A stretch of 64,000 nucleotides of DNA, taken from positions 43,350-107,349 of the forward strand of contig JBAYHU010000002.1 of the NCBI GenBank assembly GCA_041665945.1, in the 5' to 3' direction. Positions 9,231 to 17,038 of this stretch are shown piece by piece. The DNA is from Candidatus Micrarchaeia archaeon. GTDB taxonomy: Archaea > Micrarchaeota > Micrarchaeia > Anstonellales > Anstonellaceae. Every line of letters begins with the position of its first letter. Within the stretch, counting starts at the first letter, position 1. The notes beneath the pieces are model-generated. The model did no database searches. It saw only the letters and a list, made by a program, of their open reading frames with translations, and was not told where the DNA came from. A program made the position numbers and the translations under genes.

Positions 9231-9821
9231 TTATTGGGTTGCCGCGGTCGTTGCCGCTTTCGCTTCCGTTTTCTTCGCGGGCTGCTCGGCTGCTTTCACG
9301 CCGGTGCTCTTTGCCTGCGACTGCTTTGCAGCGGACTTCTTCTCCGCCTTCTCGCCCTTCTTTTCAGCCTCCTTGGGCTGCCACTCCTGCAATACCACCT
9401 CGACAAAGGCGGTCTCGAAGTTGTGGACAATGCGCCTGCCCTTGGGGGACATGCGCGGGAAAGTGTGCTCCTTGTTCGCGATTATGTGGACGATTTTCGT
9501 GCTGCCCACGCCGAGCTTGTTCGCGTTCGCGAACGCGGACTTCACCACGCCGAGTACGATTTTCACGGACTTGACAGGCCAGCCGCCCTGCTGCCCGCCG
9601 AGCTGGCGGACGTGGCCGCGGCCCTTGCCGTGGCGGCGCATGGGGATTGCCTGCTCCATGACGGACGCGCGCTCGAGGAACTCGATTGCTTCGTCGGTCG
9701 GCTTGTAGCGGACCGCCCTGCAGACCTCTCCGAGGTCCTTGAACGAGGCGTTGATTCCCGTGAGCCTTGCGCGCGCAGTGCGCTTGGTTGATTCCTTCTG
9801 GAATGCGTAGGTTTCGGTCAT
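9231..9821 (-). CDS. rpl22: 50S ribosomal protein L22 (uL22)
   Basis: uL22 core plus a long K/A/E-rich C-terminal extension. GTGATATTC-ATG context. Confidence 0.9.
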   Translation of the reverse strand: MTETYAFQKESTKRTARARLTGINASFKDLGEVCRAVRYKPTDEAIEFLERASVMEQAIPMRRHGKGRGHVRQLGGQQGGWPVKSVKIVLGVVKSAFANANKLGVGSTKIVHIIANKEHTFPRMSPKGRRIVHNFETAFVEVVLQEWQPKEAEKKGEKAEKKSAAKQSQAKSTGVKAAEQPAKKTEAKAATTAATQ

Positions 9822-9830
9822 GAATATCAC

Positions 9831-10235
9831 TTACTTGAGCGGGATGAACTTCGAGCCGCGCGTTGCTCCAACACCGGGGCCGGAGTGCAATACTCTCCCC
9901 GTCGTGTGCGAGAAGTCGCCGAGCCGGTATCCCAGCTTGTCGACGCTTACGTGCACGTTCTTGTATTCCTTTCCATTGTACACGGCAAATGTAAGCCCGA
10001 GCCACTCGGGGAGGATTACCGCCTCGCGGGTGTGCGTGCGGATCGGCTTTGCGGGGTCGGCCTTCTTGACCTCTGCCGCCTTCTTCATGAGCTTCTTGAC
10101 GTCCGTTCCCTTGTTCACCAAGGCGCGCTTGACTGCCCTGCGTGCGCGGGAGGTGAGAATCGGGAGAGTCTGCTCAAGGGTGTAGCTTTCGAGCTCCGCC
10201 CTTTCCATTCCCCTGTATTTGTCAACTTTTGGCAT
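9831..10235 (-). CDS. rps19: 30S ribosomal protein S19 (uS19)
   Basis: Conserved S19 C-terminus (...GRVLHSGPGVGATRGSKFIPLK). Confidence 0.93.
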   Translation of the reverse strand: MPKVDKYRGMERAELESYTLEQTLPILTSRARRAVKRALVNKGTDVKKLMKKAAEVKKADPAKPIRTHTREAVILPEWLGLTFAVYNGKEYKNVHVSVDKLGYRLGDFSHTTGRVLHSGPGVGATRGSKFIPLK

Positions 10236-10253
10236 AATGATACCTCATGAAAC

Positions 10254-11021
10254 TTACTTCTTGCCCTGCTTGAGCTCGAGCTTCGCCTCTTCAACGTGGG
10301 ACTTCTTCCTTCCCGTGCTCCTTGCGGCGATGTGCCCGACCTTCCTGCCCGGAGGCGCGTTGCGGCTAGTCATGCTGCCGCGGCCCTTGTGGTGCTGCTT
10401 GCCTCCGAACGGATGTGTGTAAGCGGACATGTGAACGCCGCGGTTGACCGGCCACTTGCGGTTCTGCGCGTGCTTCTTGTAGAAGCTGTTGCCTGCCTTC
10501 ATGAGCGGCTTCTCAAGCCTGCCTCCTCCGCAGACAACGCCGATTTGCGCCCGGCATCCGCCGAGGAGAACAAGCGTGTGCTTGGAGGGCATCTTGACAT
10601 AAACGACATTCTTTTCGCGCGAGACGATGCTTGCATACGTGCCGGGCGCGCGGACAAGCTTGCCGCCGTCGCCGGGTGCCATCTCGAGGTTGAATATCGT
10701 GGTTCCTTCCGGAATCTTTGAAAGCGGGAGAATGTTGCCGATGCCGAGCTTCGACGCCGCGCCGGTCCTGACTTCCTGCCCTATCTGCATGCCTTCAGGG
10801 GCAAGGAGGTAGTTCTCGCTGCCGTCCTCGAAGCGCACGTCCATGAGAAGCGCGCCTCTTGCCGGGTCGTCGAGGAATCCGAGCACCTGCCCGCGAAGCG
10901 AGCCGGACTTCTCGTTCTCGTCGAGCCTGCGGTAGGCAAGCTCAGCCTTGTAGCGGTGGGACGGCGCCTTGTACGCCTGCGAACCCTTTCCGCGCCTCTG
11001 CTGTTTCAGTAATTTGCCCAT
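10254..11021 (-). CDS. rpl2: 50S ribosomal protein L2 (uL2)
   Basis: Conserved uL2, 255 aa. Confidence 0.95.
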   Translation of the reverse strand: MGKLLKQQRRGKGSQAYKAPSHRYKAELAYRRLDENEKSGSLRGQVLGFLDDPARGALLMDVRFEDGSENYLLAPEGMQIGQEVRTGAASKLGIGNILPLSKIPEGTTIFNLEMAPGDGGKLVRAPGTYASIVSREKNVVYVKMPSKHTLVLLGGCRAQIGVVCGGGRLEKPLMKAGNSFYKKHAQNRKWPVNRGVHMSAYTHPFGGKQHHKGRGSMTSRNAPPGRKVGHIAARSTGRKKSHVEEAKLELKQGKK

Positions 11022-11031
11022 TTATTGCACC

Positions 11032-11283
11032 TTATACAATCTTGAGTTTCGCCGCGACGTCGTCGGCCTTGAAGCCCTTTTGCAGCTTCACGTATGCTTT
11101 TTTCGCGCCCTGCGGCGTGATAAGGGTGTGGACGGATGCGACTTTCACCTGGAAAAGGTCCTCGACCTCTTTTTTGATGAGCGGCTTGGTTGCCTTCGCC
11201 TCGCAGATGAACGTAAGCGTGTTCTGAAGCTCAATGAGCCCCACCGCCTTTTCGTTCGTCACCGGATAAAGAATGGATGCCAT
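11032..11283 (-). CDS. rpl23: 50S ribosomal protein L23 (uL23)
   Basis: uL23, about 83 aa. GTGATAATT-ATG context. Confidence 0.9.
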   Translation of the reverse strand: MASILYPVTNEKAVGLIELQNTLTFICEAKATKPLIKKEVEDLFQVKVASVHTLITPQGAKKAYVKLQKGFKADDVAAKLKIV

Positions 11284-11292
11284 AATTATCAC

Positions 11293-12072
11293 TTACAATT
11301 TTGCAATCTCTGCAAGCGCCGCTTCAGTGTATATTGCGAGCCTGCCTGCTTTTGCGCCCGGCGCGAGCTTCTCCACGGTCAATTTGGAAACCTCGACGAC
11401 GTCAACGCCCGCGATGTTGCGCGCAGCCTTGATTATCGGGGAGTCCTTGGAGACCGCGATTATCGCGGACTTGGGGTAGACCTTGCCGCCCTTGCGCGCG
11501 CGCACGCCGCTTCTCGGCTTTCCGTATTCCGCGCGTGCCAAGTCGTCGCTTATCAGGACGGAGAGCGCCTTGTAAACGTCCTTTGTCTTGGAAATGGATT
11601 CGAACGAGTTCTCGAAAACAATCGGGAGAGCAGTTGTCACGTTGTGCCCGCGGGCTGCGACTGCGACCTTGTCCGCCGTTGCCGCGATTGCGGAAACGAG
11701 CGCGACTCTGTATTCCTTCTTGTTAATCTTTTCGACTATGACTTGGTTGACGTGCGGCGGGTGAGCCCTGCGCCCCTTGACTGCAGAGGGAATCCTCTTC
11801 ACTTTGCCGAGGCGCCCTTTCGGAAGAATTTCGCGGGGGCGGATTGCCGTTCCCTTGTTCTTGCCCGAGCCGAAGTCCTCCTTCCTGCCCTTGTAGCGGG
11901 CCGAGGTCTCCATTCCAGCGCGGGGGTCGTTGCCCTTCCTCTGGTAGTGCGTTGTCTGGTCGGCGATTGCCGCGCGGGCTATGAGGTCCTTGCGGACTTC
12001 GCCGGAGAATTGCGCCGGCAGCTGCACGTCGCGCACCGCCTTGCCTTCAACAGAGTATACTTGTGCTTTCAT
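11293..12072 (-). CDS. rpl4: 50S ribosomal protein L4 (uL4)
   Basis: uL4. GTGATTTTC-ATG context. Confidence 0.9.
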   Translation of the reverse strand: MKAQVYSVEGKAVRDVQLPAQFSGEVRKDLIARAAIADQTTHYQRKGNDPRAGMETSARYKGRKEDFGSGKNKGTAIRPREILPKGRLGKVKRIPSAVKGRRAHPPHVNQVIVEKINKKEYRVALVSAIAATADKVAVAARGHNVTTALPIVFENSFESISKTKDVYKALSVLISDDLARAEYGKPRSGVRARKGGKVYPKSAIIAVSKDSPIIKAARNIAGVDVVEVSKLTVEKLAPGAKAGRLAIYTEAALAEIAKL

Positions 12073-12081
12073 GAAAATCAC

Positions 12082-13029
12082 TTATTGCTTGGATTCAAGG
12101 GAGATGTAGCGAAGTTCGGGCGCCTTTACCGGCGTTGCGAGCTTGCGAAGCGCCCTGCGCATGCGGATAAGCCGCTTGCACGGGCCTGCCACGCTTCCCT
12201 TTATCAGTATGAATTCATTCTTGAGGACGCCGTAGTGCTGGAAGCCGCCCTTGGGGTTGATTTCCTCGGGGGTGCCGACCTTCATTATCCTCTTGTTGGG
12301 CTCGGTCCTCTTGTGGTAGCCCATCTGCCCCGCCATCGGGACCGTGTAGTGAACGTAACCAGGGTGCCATGCGCCCAGCGTTCCGGTGTGCCTGCGCTTG
12401 TTGGTCGCCTTCCTGCGCTGCTGCGCTGTTCCGAATCTCTTGACCGGCCCCTGCCAGCCCTTGCCGGTAGTGATTGCAACAATGTCAACGAACTCGCCGG
12501 GCTTGAAAAGCTCGGATGCCTTCACTTCCTTGCCAACAAGCGAATTTGCGAATTCGAATTTCTCCGCCGCGTCCTTGCCGCCGACGGCGATTTCCATCCG
12601 CTCCGGCGTTTTCTTGCCGAATCCGGTCATGCCCGGGCGCGCGTAAGCGAGAACAAAAACATCGGAAACATCAGAAGCAGTGAATTTCTTTGTTGATTTC
12701 TTTGAAACGCCAAGGGGCTTGGTGATTTTCTCATCGGAGGTAATCAGGTCGCCGACGACCTTGCCGTCCTTGTATCCGCGCACGCCGAAAATCATGAGGG
12801 GCGGGCACTCGATGACGGTCGCAGAGGCGAACACCTCGTTGCCCTTTGACGGGGACTCGGTGTCATCCACCCAAGTCACGTGGGTCATGCCTGCCTTGTA
12901 GCCTGCAAACCCGAGAAGCTTCTTTTCGGTTGAAGACGGCCAGTACGATACTGCCGGCATCTGCGAAATCGCACGCTTGCGCGGGCGGAATGCGCGCGAA
13001 CCTTTCTTGTGTCCAGATCTTTTTCCCAT
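12082..13029 (-). CDS. rpl3: 50S ribosomal protein L3 (uL3)
   Basis: uL3, 315 aa. First gene of the cluster. SD GGTGA precedes the ATG. Confidence 0.95.
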   Translation of the reverse strand: MGKRSGHKKGSRAFRPRKRAISQMPAVSYWPSSTEKKLLGFAGYKAGMTHVTWVDDTESPSKGNEVFASATVIECPPLMIFGVRGYKDGKVVGDLITSDEKITKPLGVSKKSTKKFTASDVSDVFVLAYARPGMTGFGKKTPERMEIAVGGKDAAEKFEFANSLVGKEVKASELFKPGEFVDIVAITTGKGWQGPVKRFGTAQQRRKATNKRRHTGTLGAWHPGYVHYTVPMAGQMGYHKRTEPNKRIMKVGTPEEINPKGGFQHYGVLKNEFILIKGSVAGPCKRLIRMRRALRKLATPVKAPELRYISLESKQ

Positions 13030-13165
13030 GAAGTTTCACCGAAATTTTCAGGCATGGAGAATTCCATGCTGATGAAATACCCTGATTGATTGCTGTGAAA
13101 TACCCAACCAGCAATGATTCGCCATGCTTCTTTCCCTCTCGAGGAGGGGTGACGGCGAGTGTCAT

Positions 13166-13183
13166 CTTACAGCATTCTGTAAG
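13166..13183. repeat. Perfect hairpin CTTACAG-CATT-CTGTAAG in the leader region upstream of the L3 operon
   Basis: 7-bp inverted repeat with a 4-nt loop, about 140 nt upstream of the L3 start codon. Candidate r-protein autoregulatory or processing structure. Confidence 0.4.
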
Positions 13184-13210
13184 AAGCGTGGCTTGATATT
13201 GAAACAAGAG

Positions 13211-13218
13211 TTTAAAAA
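13211..13218. promoter_or_regulatory. TATA-like box TTTAAAAA between divergent L3 operon and plus-strand gene 13248
   Basis: AT-rich octamer in a GC-rich spacer. It lies about 30 nt upstream of ATG 13248, consistent with a leaderless transcript. It is near-palindromic and could also serve the L3 operon. Confidence 0.4.
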
Positions 13219-13247
13219 GGTTCCTTCAGGCGGCAAACGCCGGAGAA

Positions 13248-14807
13248 ATGGCTTTTCAGATAACTTGCTACGGGAATAAAAAACCATATGAACAGAAAAA
13301 GACACAAATTACAGGGGGGAGAATGATGGTTGACGCTAAGGAAAACAGGGTCTGGCAGTCCGAACGCGAAAAAAACGGGGAAAACCACGCTTGGAAAGAG
13401 ATTCTCGAGAGGAATATCCGCAAGATTGACTGCGAGTTGGATACTGGCGACCCGGCAACCATGCTCGTAATACAGCTCCGGGGTTCCGGCCTCAGCCTGA
13501 TGGATGTATTCGACTCCGATGTACCCCTGAAATGGTACGCGAGGCAGATGTCGATTAATTCCACTGGATATGCAAGGAGAACCGAACGCTTCCTGCAGGC
13601 GCTTGAAGCCACGCGGATGCAGTACGAGATTGCCGTTGAATTGGGAAAAAACCTGAATGAAAGATCATTCTCGGGCGACGAACAGCATTGGATGGGAGTC
13701 GCGCGCGAGTTCGTCCAGTTCGTGGAGATGGGCAGCGGGCAACCTGCCGAGGTTTTCTTCAACCCCATGTCAAGCGTGTTTTCAATCGACAAGATGGAGA
13801 ATTACTTGCGCGTTTTCCGTTTCCAAAACGACATCAAAGGAATCACCTCGTATGAATTCAAGACAGCGGTTGAAAAAACCGATTCGAGGAAAATAAAGGG
13901 AAAGGCGCAGCAAACATGTGTGGAAATTGAAGGGCAGGCAAAAACACCTGCGCGGGTTGATGTGCAGAGTGCGGATGCCGCGCCCGTAGCGAAAAACTTG
14001 GAGTTCGTGAAAAAAATGGAAGCCGCCGGGCTTGGGGCGGAAGCCCGAAAAATCCTCGCTTACCTCGAGAAAAAAAACACTACGCTTGAGAAAATAAGCG
14101 AAATTGAGCTTTGGAGGCAGTCCGTGTCCCTCTTCGAAAAGCCGCGGACCTCGTATGACAGCCAGACAGGCATAGGGATTGCGAACAAAATCATCGAAGC
14201 TGCCGGCAAGCACGCCGCGGCGGTGAGTGCGAAGGAAATGAAGCTGACTGACTGGGAAGCGGCATTCGCATGCTACATGCACGACAACTACCGCAAACGC
14301 GGCACTGCGCTCGAGGCAATCGCACACATCAAGAAAAACGGCATTTCCGAGGAGAAAATCATCTCGCTTGGTGAAAATGAGATAATCGGGCTCGTGGCAT
14401 CGATGCCGTGCGGCTACGGGTCGTCGCGGATGTATGTTGACATCGACTCCGTAAGAAAGCAGCTTCTGCGGGGAATCGAATACGCCAGCAAGGAGGAGCG
14501 AAGCCGGCTGAAGATGGAGCCCGTTGAATACCCGTGCCTTGAGCACAAGACAACCATCAGGTTCGAGGACATCGGCTCCGAGAGGCATTACCGAAGCAGG
14601 GCAGGAACCGATAACGCCGCAGGCACTGAAACGGCAAGCCAGCAATCATCCGGCGCGGGAAACGCGTATTTCGGCGGTTTGCCCAGCGGAACCACGGACG
14701 TACTGGCGCTTGTGCGGCAGAGGGACGCGGCGATAGAGAAAAGGAAAGCGTGGGAGAAGAGCCACCCTGGCGCGAACAGGAATAACGGGAAGCACCGCCG
14801 CCACTGA
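13248..14807 (+). CDS. Hypothetical protein (519 aa), no recognisable domain
   Basis: Long ORF with native codon bias. Possible alternative start at 13326, preceded by AGGGGGGAGA. C-terminal region is G/S/A-rich and basic. Confidence 0.6.
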   Translation: MAFQITCYGNKKPYEQKKTQITGGRMMVDAKENRVWQSEREKNGENHAWKEILERNIRKIDCELDTGDPATMLVIQLRGSGLSLMDVFDSDVPLKWYARQMSINSTGYARRTERFLQALEATRMQYEIAVELGKNLNERSFSGDEQHWMGVAREFVQFVEMGSGQPAEVFFNPMSSVFSIDKMENYLRVFRFQNDIKGITSYEFKTAVEKTDSRKIKGKAQQTCVEIEGQAKTPARVDVQSADAAPVAKNLEFVKKMEAAGLGAEARKILAYLEKKNTTLEKISEIELWRQSVSLFEKPRTSYDSQTGIGIANKIIEAAGKHAAAVSAKEMKLTDWEAAFACYMHDNYRKRGTALEAIAHIKKNGISEEKIISLGENEIIGLVASMPCGYGSSRMYVDIDSVRKQLLRGIEYASKEERSRLKMEPVEYPCLEHKTTIRFEDIGSERHYRSRAGTDNAAGTETASQQSSGAGNAYFGGLPSGTTDVLALVRQRDAAIEKRKAWEKSHPGANRNNGKHRRH

Positions 14808-14832
14808 ACGCATTGCGGCATTCCCGCCATAC

Positions 14833-14847
14833 TGTTTTTTATTTTCC
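14833..14847 (+). terminator. Oligo-T tract downstream of gene 13248-14807
   Basis: CTGTTTTTTATTTTCC immediately after the stop. Archaeal intrinsic-terminator-like. Confidence 0.4.
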
Positions 14848-14865
14848 TTCAGGCACTAGCGTAGC

Positions 14866-15375
14866 ATGGTGAAGAAACTCCTTGCCGTCTGCGTCTTCCT
14901 TGTTTTCCTGCTCAACTTCTGCAGCGCATACGTGCTCAACGAAAGCCGCGAGGAGATGCTTTCGTATTACCAGACCTACCTCGAGCCCAAGATTCCCAGG
15001 ACGGCAAAGGCGCTCCTTGGCGACGAGAGGATAAACGTGCAAATCGGGGGCAAGACGCTGGGGATTGCGACGAAGCGCGGCGAGCTGTCCGACTTCGAGG
15101 TGCACGCAATCGGGAATCCGACCATCGAGGTGGCGGTAAGCGACGCGGCGGCGGAGGCAATCAAGGGGAAAAAAGTGGGAATAATGCCGTGCCTTGACGA
15201 CGGAAGCATAAAAGTAAGGACGAGCAACTTCTTCACTGCGGTGAAAGTCGAGATGATGAAGAGGATTTACGCCGTTTCAGGCGCGGACGACGCGATTACG
15301 GGCAAGGCGGCGCCATCCCGCAGCATTGAATCATACAATTCCATTTACATACAGCGGGCGAAGATAACGAACTAG
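14866..15375 (+). CDS. Hypothetical secreted/membrane-anchored protein (169 aa)
   Basis: N-terminal hydrophobic signal segment KKLLAVCVFLVFLLNFCSA. Otherwise no known domain. Confidence 0.6.
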   Translation: MVKKLLAVCVFLVFLLNFCSAYVLNESREEMLSYYQTYLEPKIPRTAKALLGDERINVQIGGKTLGIATKRGELSDFEVHAIGNPTIEVAVSDAAAEAIKGKKVGIMPCLDDGSIKVRTSNFFTAVKVEMMKRIYAVSGADDAITGKAAPSRSIESYNSIYIQRAKITN

Positions 15376-15382
15376 GTGCTCC

Positions 15383-16975
15383 ATGGCGTCGGACGCATAC
15401 AGCGCGCTTGACAAGGCGTGGCGCGGAACATGCAGGGTGCTCTTCGGGCAGGAGGCGGGCGGGCTTTCGGATTGCGCCGGATGGCTTTCGGAATACGCCG
15501 AGGAAATCCGCTCGGAAAAATCCTCGATCAGCGGCAAGGCAGTGACATTCACGCAGAACGAATATTCCGGCAGCGCGCGCTTCATGGCGTTCGACGAAAT
15601 CGGATACGGGAAAAAATTCGCGCCCATCCCCCTCGACGACATGAAGGACATCGACAGCCTCGTGACGGCTGCGAAGGAGAGGCTGCAATACGCCGGAAAC
15701 GTGGTGCTGGGGCACTCAAGCGGCGTTCAGAACTCGAGCAATGTGACGGACAGCCATTATGTGCTTGATTCAACGGCGGTCGCAAGCTCCAAATACGTCG
15801 CGTACTCGAAATACATCAAGGAAAGCGAATACTGCTTCGGGGTTTTCGGCGCGGAAAAGGACGCCTATCTGGTAAAATCCATGGGAAGCTCGCTCAAGCG
15901 GTGCTTCGAATGCCACATGGTCAATTACCTGTCCGACTGCTACTACTGCGCGAAAACGCAGAACTGCCGCGAGTGCTTCTTCTGCTTCGGCATGGAAAAC
16001 GGCAGCTATGCAATCGGCAACACGCCGGTTGGCAAGGAGAAATACCTCGCGCTGAAAGCCAAGCTTCTGCCGGAAATCGCGGAAAAGATACGCAAGGACG
16101 GCAGGATATTCTCGCTTTTGAAGCTCATCGAGGAAGCCGGCGCGCACAAGCCGGATTCGAGGCTGAAGTTCGCAAAGGAGAAGGAAGCGGCATTCGATAT
16201 TGCCCCAGTGCAAAAAGGGTTTGACTCCGCCTGCCGGCTTGTCTTCGGGAAGGAAATGGGGGAGATCGGAAAGTACGAAAAATTCCTCTTCAAGCACGTG
16301 CCGAAAAACGTGGTCGTGCCATCCCCGCTGAGCGGCTCGGCGTCGGTGGTGTGCGGCTACAGGAGGCATGTGCTCAACAAATTCGAAATAGCCAGGAGGC
16401 TTCCGACGGAGGACGAGATAAGAAGCGTCGGGAAGCTTGCCGGAATGGTGAAAACGGACGTGGGCGGGATGGAGCTATCCGCGCTCGCGGAGCAGTTCCA
16501 CCCGATTGCATACACCAACCTCGACAAGGTGGCGGGCAAGTGCACGAATTTCAGGAACTGCGCCGTGATAATCGAGTCGCAGGACTGCCTCGAAGGCTCG
16601 GCTTTCGACTATTCGAAAAAATGCGGCTACAACTTCTGGGCGTCGAACGCCGAGTCCGTGTTCGGCTCCTGCGCCGCGTGGTTCTCCACATTCGTGCTCA
16701 AGAATTTCTATTCCAAGAACATGACGCGCTCGCTCGAATGCGACGGCTGCGAATCCTGCACTGACTTGTATTACTCGCACAACTGCGAGAACGTGCGCGA
16801 CTCGATGTTCTGCTTCAACGCGAAAAACCTCACAAACGCAGTGGGCAACGCGCCGCTTCCTGCGGAGCAATACAGGAAAATGAAAGGCGCGATTGTGGCG
16901 CAGCTCGCCGACGAACTGGAAAAGAAGAAGGATTTGAAGTGGGACATTTTCAATATCGGCGCTATCTCTAAGTGA
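15383..16975 (+). CDS. Cys-rich protein with internally duplicated hexad-repeat domain (530 aa)
   Basis: SD AGGTG. Two homologous halves, each with 6-residue periodic strands (x-S-x-Y-x-x turning into C-x-x-C-x-x) and ending ...MFCFNAKNLTNAVGN / ...FFCFGMENGSYAIGN. About 30 Cys. No signal peptide. No family recognised. Confidence 0.7.
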   Translation: MASDAYSALDKAWRGTCRVLFGQEAGGLSDCAGWLSEYAEEIRSEKSSISGKAVTFTQNEYSGSARFMAFDEIGYGKKFAPIPLDDMKDIDSLVTAAKERLQYAGNVVLGHSSGVQNSSNVTDSHYVLDSTAVASSKYVAYSKYIKESEYCFGVFGAEKDAYLVKSMGSSLKRCFECHMVNYLSDCYYCAKTQNCRECFFCFGMENGSYAIGNTPVGKEKYLALKAKLLPEIAEKIRKDGRIFSLLKLIEEAGAHKPDSRLKFAKEKEAAFDIAPVQKGFDSACRLVFGKEMGEIGKYEKFLFKHVPKNVVVPSPLSGSASVVCGYRRHVLNKFEIARRLPTEDEIRSVGKLAGMVKTDVGGMELSALAEQFHPIAYTNLDKVAGKCTNFRNCAVIIESQDCLEGSAFDYSKKCGYNFWASNAESVFGSCAAWFSTFVLKNFYSKNMTRSLECDGCESCTDLYYSHNCENVRDSMFCFNAKNLTNAVGNAPLPAEQYRKMKGAIVAQLADELEKKKDLKWDIFNIGAISK

Positions 16976-17038
16976 TTGAAAAACAAAGAAGGAAAACAGA
17001 AAAAGGAAAAATAAAAAGAGAAAAAACTTCCCTTAGCT
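16976..17038 (-). terminator. Polypyrimidine (T-rich) tract downstream of aEF-2
   Basis: About 60-nt polypurine run on the plus strand (AAACAAAGAAGGAAAACAGAAAAAGGAAAAATAAAAAGAGAAAAAAC), which is oligo-T-rich on the EF-2 coding strand. It fills the convergent spacer between the 15383 gene and fusA. Confidence 0.45.
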
